NCBI GenBank assembly: GCA_943788915.1
Contig: CALSSD010000005.1
Span: 186,001-250,000 of the forward strand
Length of the DNA stretch: 64,000 bases
Direction of reading: 5' to 3'
DNA from: an uncultured Acidimicrobiales bacterium
GTDB taxonomy: Bacteria > Actinomycetota > Acidimicrobiia > Acidimicrobiales > UBA10347
The position numbers and the translations under genes are program-made. Positions 38,338 to 48,345 of the stretch are shown here, piece by piece (position 1 is the first letter of the stretch; every line of letters begins with the position of its first letter). The notes under the pieces are model-generated. The model had not been told where the DNA came from, did no database searches, and was given only the letters and a program-made list of their open reading frames with translations.

Positions 38338-38808
38338 TCAGTCGAGTGGTTTGGAAGCCCGGATCATTTCTTCTTCAAAGCCGAGGCGTTCGTAGAGCGA
38401 GCGAGCCCGATGGTTAGCGGTCATCACGTTCAAGCTCATCACCGCAGCACCGCGCTGGCGACCGTCGGACTCGATCTCAGCAATGAGCCGGCTGCCAAGG
38501 CCATGTCCGTCTACCCGTTCGTCGATAACCACGACCTCGAGATGCACAGCAGGCTGGCCGGTGAAGGAGTCTTCGATCAACGAACCAACAGCGACCGCCA
38601 CCACTTCTTGCGCGGTGTCGGTGGCGACGCGGACCCACGTCTGAGGGCGCTCCCCGGCTGCCCACTCGGCCACCGCCACTCCGTCATAGCGCCATACATC
38701 TTCGGTCGTGAGCCGACGTGGGGCAGGAAAGTCAGCCAGACGGGGCAGCAGCTTCTGGATCGCTGCGAGGTCCGACGCATCGGCGATGCGGATAACGAAG
38801 GTGGTCAT
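38338..38808 (-). CDS. GNAT acetyltransferase
   Basis: VIDERVDGHGLGSRLI, NHRARSLYERLGF; leaderless TACGGT-N6-ATG. Confidence 0.88.
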   Translation of the reverse strand: MTTFVIRIADASDLAAIQKLLPRLADFPAPRRLTTEDVWRYDGVAVAEWAAGERPQTWVRVATDTAQEVVAVAVGSLIEDSFTGQPAVHLEVVVIDERVDGHGLGSRLIAEIESDGRQRGAAVMSLNVMTANHRARSLYERLGFEEEMIRASKPLD

Positions 38809-38898
38809 GGGCTGACCGTAGCTTTCGACGTTGCGAGTTGAGACGTACCGCCCGATCCAGGTTGGTGCTGGCCGAAGTTACCGCCAAGCTGATCGGCG

Positions 38899-39756
38899 AT
38901 GTCCATACAAACCGAACTCACCGTCTCGCACACCAGCACCGTCACGCCAGACCAGATCGACGAACTTGGGCACATGAACGTGCGCTGGTACGGCGCCAAC
39001 GCGGTGGCCGCAACAACCGCCATGTGTGAACGGCTTGGCATCGGCAGCCCTGCGCTGCACAGCACCTACACCCGTCATCATCACGAGCAGATGGAGGGCA
39101 ACCAGCTCGAAGTCCGTAGCGCCGTACTCGCCGAAGGCGACCACCTACGCTTCTTCCACGAACTCCGCAATCAGGCCAACAATGACCTGGCGGCAACGTT
39201 CGTGCACGAGGTGGAGCACCCACTGCTCGAGATGACCGGCATCGAACTTCCCGCCTATGGCCAGGCCCGCTCGATCGATCTCGGGATCGATCGACTGGCA
39301 TCGGCGCCATCACTCGATGAGCTCCGCAGCCGGGGACTGGCCACTCGGTTAGAACGCACCGTGACGACCGAAGACTCGATGGACGCCGACATCGTGCCAA
39401 CCTGGCTCACCAATAACCTGATTTGGGGCGGTGAACGCCCTGATGGTGAAACCGACTGGATCCAAGACACCGCAGACGGCGACCGTGTTGCTTTCGCCAG
39501 CATGGAAACGCGGCTGCGGGTCCACCGTCCTGTTGCCGTGGGGACCCGCATCCAAACCTTCGGGGCCATCATCGCTCTGGGCACGAAGATCTCACATGAC
39601 TTGAACTGGGTCTTCGATCTGGATACCGACGAACTACTGGCGGTGGCCGAAACAGTCGATCTTGCATTCAGTATCCCCAACCGCCGCTCCTGCGAAATTC
39701 CGCCCGAGGTTCGTGAACGCGAAGAAGCCCGTCTCCACCCGGATCTCGCCGACTGA
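38899..39756 (+). CDS. Double hotdog-fold thioesterase (4HBT-like)
   Basis: VTPDQIDELGHMNVRWY; second hotdog repeat with ASMETRL. Confidence 0.72.
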   Translation: MSIQTELTVSHTSTVTPDQIDELGHMNVRWYGANAVAATTAMCERLGIGSPALHSTYTRHHHEQMEGNQLEVRSAVLAEGDHLRFFHELRNQANNDLAATFVHEVEHPLLEMTGIELPAYGQARSIDLGIDRLASAPSLDELRSRGLATRLERTVTTEDSMDADIVPTWLTNNLIWGGERPDGETDWIQDTADGDRVAFASMETRLRVHRPVAVGTRIQTFGAIIALGTKISHDLNWVFDLDTDELLAVAETVDLAFSIPNRRSCEIPPEVREREEARLHPDLAD

Positions 39757-39828
39757 ACATGCTGAACCAACGCCATCTACTGCGTGTTCACCTGGCAATT
39801 GTTTTGACAGGGCAACTAGTCTCAGGTC

Positions 39829-40611
39829 ATGTACTTCGAAGCGCAAGGCGCAAGCAGCGCGTTCCGCGACGCCGGGCCTCACCGAACCAACCATGCAGTG
39901 GTGTACACCGGCTTCCGCAATGTGGCCGACGACCCAGACTTTCGTCCAGAACTCGCGAACGAATACCTGTTGTTGTGGGGCATGTTCATGACCTCGTTTC
40001 TGGCCGACGACTACCTGGCCGACAACAACTTCCACGGCGCGCAACAGACCCTGGTGACCAGTGCATCGTCGAAGACATCGATCAGCCTGGCTGCATGCCT
40101 GGCCAAACGAGGTGGCCATCGTGCCGTCGGGCTCACGTCGGAACGCAACCGGGCGTTCGTCGAAGGGCTCGGACTGTACGACCAGGTGATCACCTACGAC
40201 GAGATCGACCAACTCGATTCGTCGGCCGCTTCCGGCATGGTCGACATGGCTGGCAGCGGCACGGTGCGCACCAATGTGCACAACCACTTCGCCGACAACC
40301 TGCAGTACTCGCTCACCGTTGGCGCAACCCACTGGGAAGACATGGCTGGCGAAGCCGCATTGCCGGGCCCTACTCCTGAGATGTTCTGCGCCCCCGGTCA
40401 AAGCGCGAAACGAGCCAAAGAGTGGGGACCCGACGAACTTGCACGTCGGGTCGACGGCGCCTTCGCCTCGTTGCTCGACAGCTCGAGCGGCTGGCTCACC
40501 GTCGACCACCGCACCGGTGCCGATGGAATGCAACAGGTTTATGACCAACTCGTAAACGGCACGGCGGATCCGTCGTCGGGCTTCATCGTGTCCATGGGAG
40601 ACGCAACATGA
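39829..40611 (+). pseudogene. DUF2855-family protein, apparently 5'-truncated
   Basis: MFMTSFLADDYL, VTSASSKTSI, GLTSERN..FV..LGLYD, VDMAG, VGATHW, FCAP; in-frame stops just upstream and the usual N-terminal region is absent. Confidence 0.6.
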
Positions 40612-41645
40612 ATATCACTACTGAGCACCCACTCGTCCTCGTCGGGCAGTACGGCTCGCCGTACACACTGAAGATGCGGGCAGTCTTGCGTTATCGCCAC
40701 ATACCGTTTCGTTGGGTTCTCCGCGACTCGAAATGGGATGACATCCCGACGCCACCAGTGCCGCTGATCCCGGTGATCGTCTACCCCAATGAAGACGGCA
40801 GCCACGGCGAAGCAACCGTTGACTCATCGCCGCAAATTATGCGACTCGAAGCCGAGTTCGCTGATCGCAGCACGGTTCCGACGGACCCTGCGCTGGCGTT
40901 CATCGATTCGTTGATCGAGGACTACGGCGACGAGTGGGTCACCAAGGCGATGTACCACTACCGGTGGGCTTACCAAGACGACATCGACAAGGCCGGCAAG
41001 CTGCTCCCGATGTCTCGCAACCTACAAATGGGCAGCGATCAAGCCCAGCAGATGTTCGACTACATCACCACTCGCCAGATCTCACGGCGTGAGCTTGTTG
41101 GATCGACCGAGCTCAACCAGCCGATCATCGAGAGCTCGTATGAACGGCTCCTCGACATCATGCAGGAACAGTTCGCCAGCCATGACTTCATGCTCGGCGA
41201 CCGGCCAGGACGAGGCGACTTCGGCATCTACGGCCAGTTCACCCAGCTGGTGAAATGGGATCCAACATCCATGGCTGTCGCAGCCAAACGAGCGATCAAG
41301 ACCATTAACTGGACCGATCGCATGGACGACCTTTCCTGGCTGCCAGTAGACGGTAATGATGGCTGGGTATCGCTCGAAGACCTACCGGCGGCTACCCACA
41401 AACTGCTCGCCGAGATCGGCAGTACCTACGCCCCGTTCATGGTCGCAAACGCGCAGGCACTGGTGTCTAGCGCTGACGAGGTGGTATGCGAGATTCACGG
41501 CCAGACCTACCGCCAAGGACCCTTCGCCTACCAAGGCAAATGCCTGAAGTGGCTGCGCGACGGCTATGCCGCCCTCACCGATACCGACCGATCGCGTGTC
41601 GACGCCGCCCTCGATGGCACCGGCTGTGAAGTGCTCTTCGCCTAG
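40608..41645 (+). CDS. Glutathione S-transferase-like protein
   Basis: GSPYTLKMRAVLRYRHIP, LIPV, DSSP, IEDYGDEW.TKAMYHYRW, FMLGDRP..GDF. Confidence 0.82.
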   Translation: MNITTEHPLVLVGQYGSPYTLKMRAVLRYRHIPFRWVLRDSKWDDIPTPPVPLIPVIVYPNEDGSHGEATVDSSPQIMRLEAEFADRSTVPTDPALAFIDSLIEDYGDEWVTKAMYHYRWAYQDDIDKAGKLLPMSRNLQMGSDQAQQMFDYITTRQISRRELVGSTELNQPIIESSYERLLDIMQEQFASHDFMLGDRPGRGDFGIYGQFTQLVKWDPTSMAVAAKRAIKTINWTDRMDDLSWLPVDGNDGWVSLEDLPAATHKLLAEIGSTYAPFMVANAQALVSSADEVVCEIHGQTYRQGPFAYQGKCLKWLRDGYAALTDTDRSRVDAALDGTGCEVLFA

Positions 41646-41761
41646 CCTCCGGCACGGCCAGAATGGCCATTAAATGATCAGTCCAACTCGACCAGCTGAG
41701 CCAGGATCTGCAATCGAGGCTTCCAACTCCCCCTCTCTCGCAGTCCTCAACCCCGCACTGC

Positions 41762-44044
41762 CTACTGGCGGGACATCTCAGCTTTGGCAGTGGCTTCGGC
41801 ATCCTTGGGGGAGCGTTGGCCAAGCTGGATCTCGATCTGATGCAACGTGCCGGTGAACGGGAACGTGCCGGTGTAGTGCTGTGACACCTGTGAGCCAAAG
41901 TCCATACCCACGCTGGCGCCAAGCGATGAGATCATGCGCATCATGAACGGCAACTCGGCGCTTCCGGCTGCTTCACCGTCAATAGCGATCGACATGATGC
42001 CGGTCGTGCGATTGTTACGAGCGAGGCTGACACCGAGAACACAATCACCCTCGGGCACGACAATGTCTGACTCGAGCACAGTGCGTTCGTCGAACGAGTT
42101 GTAGTCGATGAACAACCGATCGTTCTGCACAAAGATCGAGATACCCGAGCTGGCACTTCCGGTTGCCCAAATAACACCTTCGTCGCCTGCCGCCCGAGTG
42201 ACCGATGCGGTCATGTCCCATGAGCGTCCACCTGGTGATGGCGAAGGCTGGGCAGGAATCGGCGACATCGGCGGCCGATACACATACGTGCGGTCGAGAC
42301 GATGCGGACTCGTATCGCTCAGACGAGGGGCGAAGAGCTCCAACCCGCGATCGTCGAGCGGCAACACACCATTACGTTCGGCCTCGCTCCACCACAACTC
42401 GATCAATTCGGTGAGCTTGTCGGGACTGTCACCCGCTAAATCATTGCATTCGGACATGTCGTCCGACAGCCGGTAGAGCTCCCACCTGTCGTCTTCGAAG
42501 TCGACACCAGTTTGATGGCGAGCGACCGCCTTCCACCACACGCCGTCCTGTTCGACAATCAGCGCTCGCGACCCACCGTTCTCGAAGTACTGAATGGTAT
42601 TCGTTGCCGGAGCAGCAGGATCGCTGAGCGTGGAAACGAACGAGTCACCCGTGACTGGCATCTGGTCGATCCCCTTGAAGACCTCGGGCGCAGTCACGCC
42701 GAGGATCTCATAGATCGTTGGTGTGATATCGGAGACGTTCACGAACTGGTTGCGCTTGGTACCAGCCTGTGACTGGTCGATACCGGCGGGCCAATGGAAC
42801 ACCATGGGCACGTGCACGCCCCCCTCGTGGGTATTCTGCTTGTACCACTTGAACGGGCTATTGCCGCACTGCGACCAACCCCACGGATAGTTGGTATGGC
42901 TGTCGGGGCCACCAATGTCATCCAGGCGATCCATCACGTCATCGGGATCTTCGAGCAGACCGTTGAAGAACTTCATCTCGTGCATGACGCCAAACGGGCC
43001 GCCTTCTTGTGAAGCCCCGTTGTCGGCTAGGACGACAAAGATGGTGTTGTCGAGTTCACCCATGTTGCGGATGCCTTCGACTAAACGTCCGATCTGGTCG
43101 TCGGTGTGATCCAGGAATGCGGCGAACGCTTCCTGCAGCCGGCAGGCAAACTTCTGGTGGCTCTCGGGCAGAGTGTCCCATGCCTCGACACCTGGATTAC
43201 GCGGCGCAAGTTGTGTGCCCTCGGGGATCACACCCGTCTTGATCTGACGGTCAAACCAACGCTCGCGGATGACATCCCAGCCCTCGTCGTAACGACCCTT
43301 GTACTTGTCGAGGTATGCCTGCGGCGCCTGGTGCGGGGCATGGGTTGCCCCAAACGGAACATAGGCGAAGAACGGCCGATCAGGTCGAACACCCTTGCTG
43401 TCGCTGAGCATCAGCAACAGCTGATCGACCATGTCTTCGCTCAGGTGGTACCCCTCTTCAGCCGTAGCCGGTGGTTCGGTCTTGTGATTGTCGATCACCA
43501 ACTCAGGGTGAAATTGGTCGGTCTCACCTTCGAGGAATCCGTAGAAACGATCGAAACCTCGGGCCAGCGGCCACTGGTCGAACGGGCCAGCGGCGGAGAT
43601 GTCCTGGGTCGGCGCCAGGTGCCACTTCCCCACGCAGTAGGTGCCGTATCCCTCGGCCTTGAGCACTTCGGCAACCGTGGCCGCATGGTTTGAGATATGG
43701 CCAAGCTGGTTGGGGAAGCCGGTGCGCCAGTTCGACACACCTCGCATACCAACCGCATGTTGGGACCGGCCGGTGAGCAGCGATGCCCGGGTCGGCGAAC
43801 ACAACGGAGCGACATGGAAGTTCGTGTACTGCAGCCCGCCCGCAGCGAGCGCATCGACATTGGGCGTGTCGATATCGGATCCGAAACAACCGAACTGGGC
43901 GAAGCCAGTGTCGTCGAGCAACACGATCACCACATTGGGAGCGGTGTCCCCCGGATGAGGCGGATCTTCGAAGTGGGGCTCGCTATCGGCCAACGTGCGA
44001 CCAACCATGCCCTTGAAGTGCTGCGTCGTCAGTGGTGCGTTCAT
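41762..44044 (-). CDS. Arylsulfatase (Cys-type formylglycine sulfatase) with C-terminal beta domain
   Basis: PNVVIVLLDD.G, CSPTRASLLTGR, GKWHL, GATHAPHQ, DNGAS.EGG, WELY. Confidence 0.93.
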   Translation of the reverse strand: MNAPLTTQHFKGMVGRTLADSEPHFEDPPHPGDTAPNVVIVLLDDTGFAQFGCFGSDIDTPNVDALAAGGLQYTNFHVAPLCSPTRASLLTGRSQHAVGMRGVSNWRTGFPNQLGHISNHAATVAEVLKAEGYGTYCVGKWHLAPTQDISAAGPFDQWPLARGFDRFYGFLEGETDQFHPELVIDNHKTEPPATAEEGYHLSEDMVDQLLLMLSDSKGVRPDRPFFAYVPFGATHAPHQAPQAYLDKYKGRYDEGWDVIRERWFDRQIKTGVIPEGTQLAPRNPGVEAWDTLPESHQKFACRLQEAFAAFLDHTDDQIGRLVEGIRNMGELDNTIFVVLADNGASQEGGPFGVMHEMKFFNGLLEDPDDVMDRLDDIGGPDSHTNYPWGWSQCGNSPFKWYKQNTHEGGVHVPMVFHWPAGIDQSQAGTKRNQFVNVSDITPTIYEILGVTAPEVFKGIDQMPVTGDSFVSTLSDPAAPATNTIQYFENGGSRALIVEQDGVWWKAVARHQTGVDFEDDRWELYRLSDDMSECNDLAGDSPDKLTELIELWWSEAERNGVLPLDDRGLELFAPRLSDTSPHRLDRTYVYRPPMSPIPAQPSPSPGGRSWDMTASVTRAAGDEGVIWATGSASSGISIFVQNDRLFIDYNSFDERTVLESDIVVPEGDCVLGVSLARNNRTTGIMSIAIDGEAAGSAELPFMMRMISSLGASVGMDFGSQVSQHYTGTFPFTGTLHQIEIQLGQRSPKDAEATAKAEMSRQ

Positions 44045-44057
44045 ATTCGTCCTCGCA

Positions 44058-44092
44058 CGAAAAGTTACGTCCCCAGGGGAACATAACTTTTC
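44058..44092. repeat. 35-bp intergenic imperfect palindrome, copy 2 (identical to 7362-7396)
   Basis: CGAAAAGTTACGTCCCCAGGGGAACATAACTTTTC. Confidence 0.9.
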
Positions 44093-44094
44093 GG

Positions 44095-44916
44095 TTAGAT
44101 GGTGATGGTGGTCAGGTCGTCGCCGATAATGACTTCGCCGTCGAAGTGGGCCGCGGCGATGGCGATCCACTCGGGGTATTGCTCGGGGGTGGGTGCCGGG
44201 ACCATATGGGTAAGTGCCAGTCGTTTGGCGCCCGCTCGGGTTGCCGACTGCGCTGCTTCGACCACACCCGAGTGATAGTCGAGGATGTCCTGCAGCATGA
44301 CGTTCGGGATCTGTTCGACGATGTCCCGACGGATCACCGTCTGCACATACACATCAGCATTGGCCGCGAGTTCGTCAACGCCGTCGCATGGGATCGTGTC
44401 CCCAACAAGTGCGGCAGTTGAACCTTCGTGTTCGAAACGGAAGCCGATCGTGGGGTGCACTGGCGCATGCACGGTTGCTGCAGTCGTGATGTGTACATCG
44501 TTGAGGTCGAACGAGTCGCCAGGCTCGAGTTCGGTTACGTCGACCTTGGGGCCTTCGGTCAACGGCTCGTGGTGGGCAATGCGGTAACCGACGTCGAGCT
44601 CAAGCGCGTACATCTGCCGCTTCACGAACTCGGCGATACCCGGCGGTCCGTAGATCTTCAGCGTGCCATTTCCCTGGGACATGACCCAGTTCATCGTGAT
44701 CACATCGTTGAGGTCACAAATGTGGTCACTATGTAGATGGGTGATCAGCACCCCAGCCAGTAACGGCGGGATCGAACCCGCGCCAGCCATACGCATGACC
44801 ACACCTCGACCAGCGTCCACCAGGATATGGGTGTCGCCTGCCTTCACCAGTGATGAAGGACCAGCCCGGTTTGCGTCGGGAAGCGGCGAACCAGTACCTG
44901 TCAGAACGATGTCCAT
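44095..44916 (-). CDS. RNase Z/ElaC-AtsA-type metallo-beta-lactamase-fold hydrolase
   Basis: LTGTGSP, VDAG, THLHSDH, GDT, DYH, LTHMVP. Confidence 0.85.
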   Translation of the reverse strand: MDIVLTGTGSPLPDANRAGPSSLVKAGDTHILVDAGRGVVMRMAGAGSIPPLLAGVLITHLHSDHICDLNDVITMNWVMSQGNGTLKIYGPPGIAEFVKRQMYALELDVGYRIAHHEPLTEGPKVDVTELEPGDSFDLNDVHITTAATVHAPVHPTIGFRFEHEGSTAALVGDTIPCDGVDELAANADVYVQTVIRRDIVEQIPNVMLQDILDYHSGVVEAAQSATRAGAKRLALTHMVPAPTPEQYPEWIAIAAAHFDGEVIIGDDLTTITI

Positions 44917-45040
44917 TACGACGATGTCTCCTGTGAACTCCGTGGCAGCAATAAGTATTGCGACCTACACTCGCATAATAATGCGATGCCAAGGTCTTCG
45001 CCCAAGTTCAGCAGCCCACAAGCTCACCTAGGGTGACACC

Positions 45041-45745
45041 ATGAGCCTGGAAACAATGCCCGAGGATTGGTCCACAGCCCTAGCGGTCGTCGCCCATCCC
45101 GACGACATGGAGTACGGCGCAGCGGCTGCCGTCGCCCGCTGGACCGCACAAGGCAAACACATCGTGTACGTGCTGGTCACCGATGGCGAGGCTGGGATCT
45201 CAGCCATGGACCCCAGCGAGGTCGGGCCGCTACGGCGAGACGAGCAGATCGCGGCCTGCCAAACGGTTGGCGTCACCGACGTGGAGTTCATGGGGCTTCC
45301 CGATGGGCTCGTGGTCGAAGGACTCGAGTTGCGGGCTGCGTTGTGTGAACCTATTCGCCGCCACAAACCCGACGTCGTCTTGTCGATCAACCACCGAGAC
45401 TCGTGGGGCGGGCCCAGTTGGAATCACCCCGACCACCGAGCGGTTGGCCGCGGACTTCTCGATGCAGTGCGCGACGCAGCGAACCCGTGGGTCTTTGAGG
45501 ACGCAGGCGCCCCATGGGATGGCGTGCGATTCGTTGCCTTCTCGGGGAGCCCTGAGGCCACCCATGGCGTAGACGTCACCGACTCGTTTGATGCCGGCGT
45601 GGCGTCGCTCGCATGCCACGCCGTGTACCTGGCAAACATCGGTGGCGACATGGCCTCGCCCGACGCATTCCTGCGTGGCGGCGCGAGGGCGGTGGGCCAA
45701 GAACTCGGTGTTGAACTGGCAGCCAGCTTCGAAATAATCGGCTAG
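45041..45745 (+). CDS. PIG-L/LmbE-family deacetylase
   Basis: AHPDDMEYG, TDGEAG, RRDEQ, HPDHR; leaderless TAGGGT-N6-ATG. Confidence 0.88.
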   Translation: MSLETMPEDWSTALAVVAHPDDMEYGAAAAVARWTAQGKHIVYVLVTDGEAGISAMDPSEVGPLRRDEQIAACQTVGVTDVEFMGLPDGLVVEGLELRAALCEPIRRHKPDVVLSINHRDSWGGPSWNHPDHRAVGRGLLDAVRDAANPWVFEDAGAPWDGVRFVAFSGSPEATHGVDVTDSFDAGVASLACHAVYLANIGGDMASPDAFLRGGARAVGQELGVELAASFEIIG

Positions 45746-45758
45746 CGGCCACCGACTC

Positions 45759-46439
45759 TTACTCGTCGAAGCCCACGAACGACACAACGTCCTCGTTCGG
45801 AACTCGACGTGACACCACGCTGTTCGCCACGAACTCATCGTTTGGCCAACCCATCGCGACACAGGTCATGATGACCTCGTTCTCGGGGATGTTCCCGTGT
45901 TCTCGCACCACGGTTGACTGCATGATTCCCTGGCCGTTGATCACACAACCCAGACCCTTCGACGTTGCGGCGAGCACTAAGCCATAGGTGGCAGCCCCGC
46001 AGTCGAAGTGGGCCACCGTGTCATCGGCAAGGTCCTTATCAATGGTAACGACAACCGATACCGGTGCATCGAACTGGCGGAAGCCTCGCATGACCCAGTC
46101 CTGACGACGTTCCTTGTCATCTCGTTCGATACCCATGGCCTCGAACAGCTGGATGGCAATCTCGACCTGACGGTCGCGATGCACACCTTGATACCCGTGG
46201 CCAGACATCTTGATCTCACGATCGACAGCAGCCCCAGCGAGCATTCGTTCGGTGTTGCCCTCGCGGATCAGTTCCAGCGGTGCACCCGTGATCACGTGGA
46301 AGTTCCACGGCTGAGTATTCATCGATGATGGCGCACGTTTGGCCACCGCGATGATGTCTTCCATAAGTTCTCGAGAAACCGGGTCTGGTTTGTAGCCCCG
46401 GGTGCTGCGCCGAGACGCAACCAGTGTTTCGAAGTCCAC
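45759..46439 (-). CDS. Nitroreductase family protein
   Basis: RRSTRGY, APSSMNTQPW, QFDAP, GLGCV, VAMGWP. Confidence 0.9.
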   Translation of the reverse strand: MDFETLVASRRSTRGYKPDPVSRELMEDIIAVAKRAPSSMNTQPWNFHVITGAPLELIREGNTERMLAGAAVDREIKMSGHGYQGVHRDRQVEIAIQLFEAMGIERDDKERRQDWVMRGFRQFDAPVSVVVTIDKDLADDTVAHFDCGAATYGLVLAATSKGLGCVINGQGIMQSTVVREHGNIPENEVIMTCVAMGWPNDEFVANSVVSRRVPNEDVVSFVGFDE

Positions 46440-46522
46440 GACTTCACCTTTCAGATCTTGTGCCAGTGAGGCTAGCGAAAGCGTTCGCTCACCGGAAATG
46501 CAGCACTCAGCAGAGGCAGCTA

Positions 46523-46551
46523 AACATGACGGTGCCTGGCACCGTCATGTT
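46523..46551. repeat. Perfect 29-bp palindrome with CGGTGCCTGGCACCG core
   Basis: AACATGACGGTGCC-T-GGCACCGTCATGTT, just downstream of the BVMO stop. Confidence 0.9.
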
Positions 46552-46582
46552 CCGCTGCACCACATCGGCCCACGCCTGTTCG

Positions 46583-48238
46583 TTAACTGTTGTCGAATTC
46601 GATGCCTCGGTAATTGTCGGCCGCCGACTCAGTGATGATCGTGGTGTACTTGGGACCACCGCCGTTGTAGACGTTGTAGCGCATGTTGCCGTACTCGTGA
46701 CCGTCGAGATTCGAGTTGTATCCGGTGATCCAGCCTTTCGACTTACGCACCAGCAGCGGCTCGTACATGGCCACCACATGGTCAAACCATTCCTTCTCGG
46801 CCTCGGCTGTGGCTTCGAACCGTGTGTGGCCCTGCTCCCACACGTGTTCGAGCAGCGGTGTTGTCCAGTTGATCGATGTCTCGACCGCTCGGGGAAAGTT
46901 CGTGGCCGCGATCTGAGGTCCGGCAAGAATGGCCAGGTTGGGGAAACCATGCACGAGAAGTCCCATGTAGGTGACTGGCCCATGGGACCATTTGTCACGC
47001 AACTTCTGACCACCAACACCGGTGATGTCCATCTTGTCGAACGCACCGGTAAACGCATCGAAACCAGTTGCGTACACGATGACATCGAAGTCGAACTCAT
47101 CAGCCGACGTGCGCAAACCGGTCGCCGTGATCTGTTCGATCGGGGTCTCGGCTGAATCGACCAGGGTGACATTGTCTCGGTTATACGTCTCGAAATAGTT
47201 GGTCTCAAGCGGAAGCCGCTGCACGCCGAAACCATGATCCTTCGGAATGAGCTTTTCCGCGAGCTCAGGATCATCGACGCGTTGACGGATGCGATCAGCC
47301 ACGTATTCGCAGACCTCGGCGTTCGCCTCTTCGTCCATGAAGATCTCGATGAAGTTCTGCAGCCACAACGCAAAACCCGGCTCGTCATACAGCTGATCCC
47401 AGAGCGCGATCCGCTCCTCGCGTGGCACATTGAAGAACCCCCGGCGATCTGGGGTGTGTTCGAAGCCGCCAGGTGAACGGGCGCACTGCTCAAAGATGTC
47501 GTCGTAACGGCTGCGAATGTCGGCCATCTCTTCGTTGGAGATCTCACCATTACCCAGCGGCACAGCCCAGTTCGGCCGACGCTGAAACACGGTCAGATGT
47601 TCGGCTTCCTTGGCAACCTCAGGGATGAGTTGGATGGCGGTAGCACCGGTGCCGATCACCGCGACTCGCTTGCCTGTCAAGTCAGGCGCAGGGTCTGGCC
47701 ATTCGAAGGGATGAAACGACTCACCTTGGAAGTCGTCCATACCTTCGAAACGGGGCAGTGTGGGCACCGACAACACGCCAATCGCAGCCATGACGAATCG
47801 ACAGGTCAGGGTGCGGCCATCGCGCAACGAGAGTCGCCACACGTGGGCATCTTCGTCGAAGTCCATAGCGTCGACGTAACAGTCGAATTGCATGTGTTTA
47901 CGGAGATCGAACTTGTCGGCAACATAGTTCAGATACTTGAGCGTCTCAGGCTGAGGCGAGAAACGTTCGCTCCAGTGCCACTCATCAAGCAACTCCTTGC
48001 TGAACGAGTAACCGTAGGTGTAACTCTCGGAGTCGAATCGGGCGCCCGGATACCGGTTCTTGAACCAGGTACCTCCCAGATCGCTGTTTGCCTCGAGCAC
48101 CGTGGCGTTGACCCCAAGGTCGGTCAGCCGCTTGATCTGATAGATACCGGCCACACCCCCGCCAATCACGATCACTTCGTAGTCGAGCATGGCCTGATCA
48201 TGGCCTGTGCTCTGGGGTGACACCATCTGATCCGTCAT
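46583..48238 (-). CDS. Type I Baeyer-Villiger monooxygenase (paralog of 16085-17695)
   Basis: GGGVAG, GGTWFKNRYPGARFDSE, FQGESFHPFEWP, GTGATAIQ, ATGFD; GAGGAG RBS. Confidence 0.92.
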   Translation of the reverse strand: MTDQMVSPQSTGHDQAMLDYEVIVIGGGVAGIYQIKRLTDLGVNATVLEANSDLGGTWFKNRYPGARFDSESYTYGYSFSKELLDEWHWSERFSPQPETLKYLNYVADKFDLRKHMQFDCYVDAMDFDEDAHVWRLSLRDGRTLTCRFVMAAIGVLSVPTLPRFEGMDDFQGESFHPFEWPDPAPDLTGKRVAVIGTGATAIQLIPEVAKEAEHLTVFQRRPNWAVPLGNGEISNEEMADIRSRYDDIFEQCARSPGGFEHTPDRRGFFNVPREERIALWDQLYDEPGFALWLQNFIEIFMDEEANAEVCEYVADRIRQRVDDPELAEKLIPKDHGFGVQRLPLETNYFETYNRDNVTLVDSAETPIEQITATGLRTSADEFDFDVIVYATGFDAFTGAFDKMDITGVGGQKLRDKWSHGPVTYMGLLVHGFPNLAILAGPQIAATNFPRAVETSINWTTPLLEHVWEQGHTRFEATAEAEKEWFDHVVAMYEPLLVRKSKGWITGYNSNLDGHEYGNMRYNVYNGGGPKYTTIITESAADNYRGIEFDNS

Positions 48239-48345
48239 CGCAGCTCCTCGTGTCGGCGGCGCTGTTCAGCAAGCGACGCCGGTCTCTACTTCCACCCTAC
48301 GAAGTGCGCGGGCTTCCTCTCAAACCGGGCGCCACAATCATTTTT

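Noticed and set aside
38308..38338. AATTGTTG/CAACAATT inverted repeat containing a CGTCAACAAT half-site
   Set aside because: It has only one half-site with different spacing from the TGTCAACA-N4 operator. It could be a terminator or a local TetR site, but support is weak.
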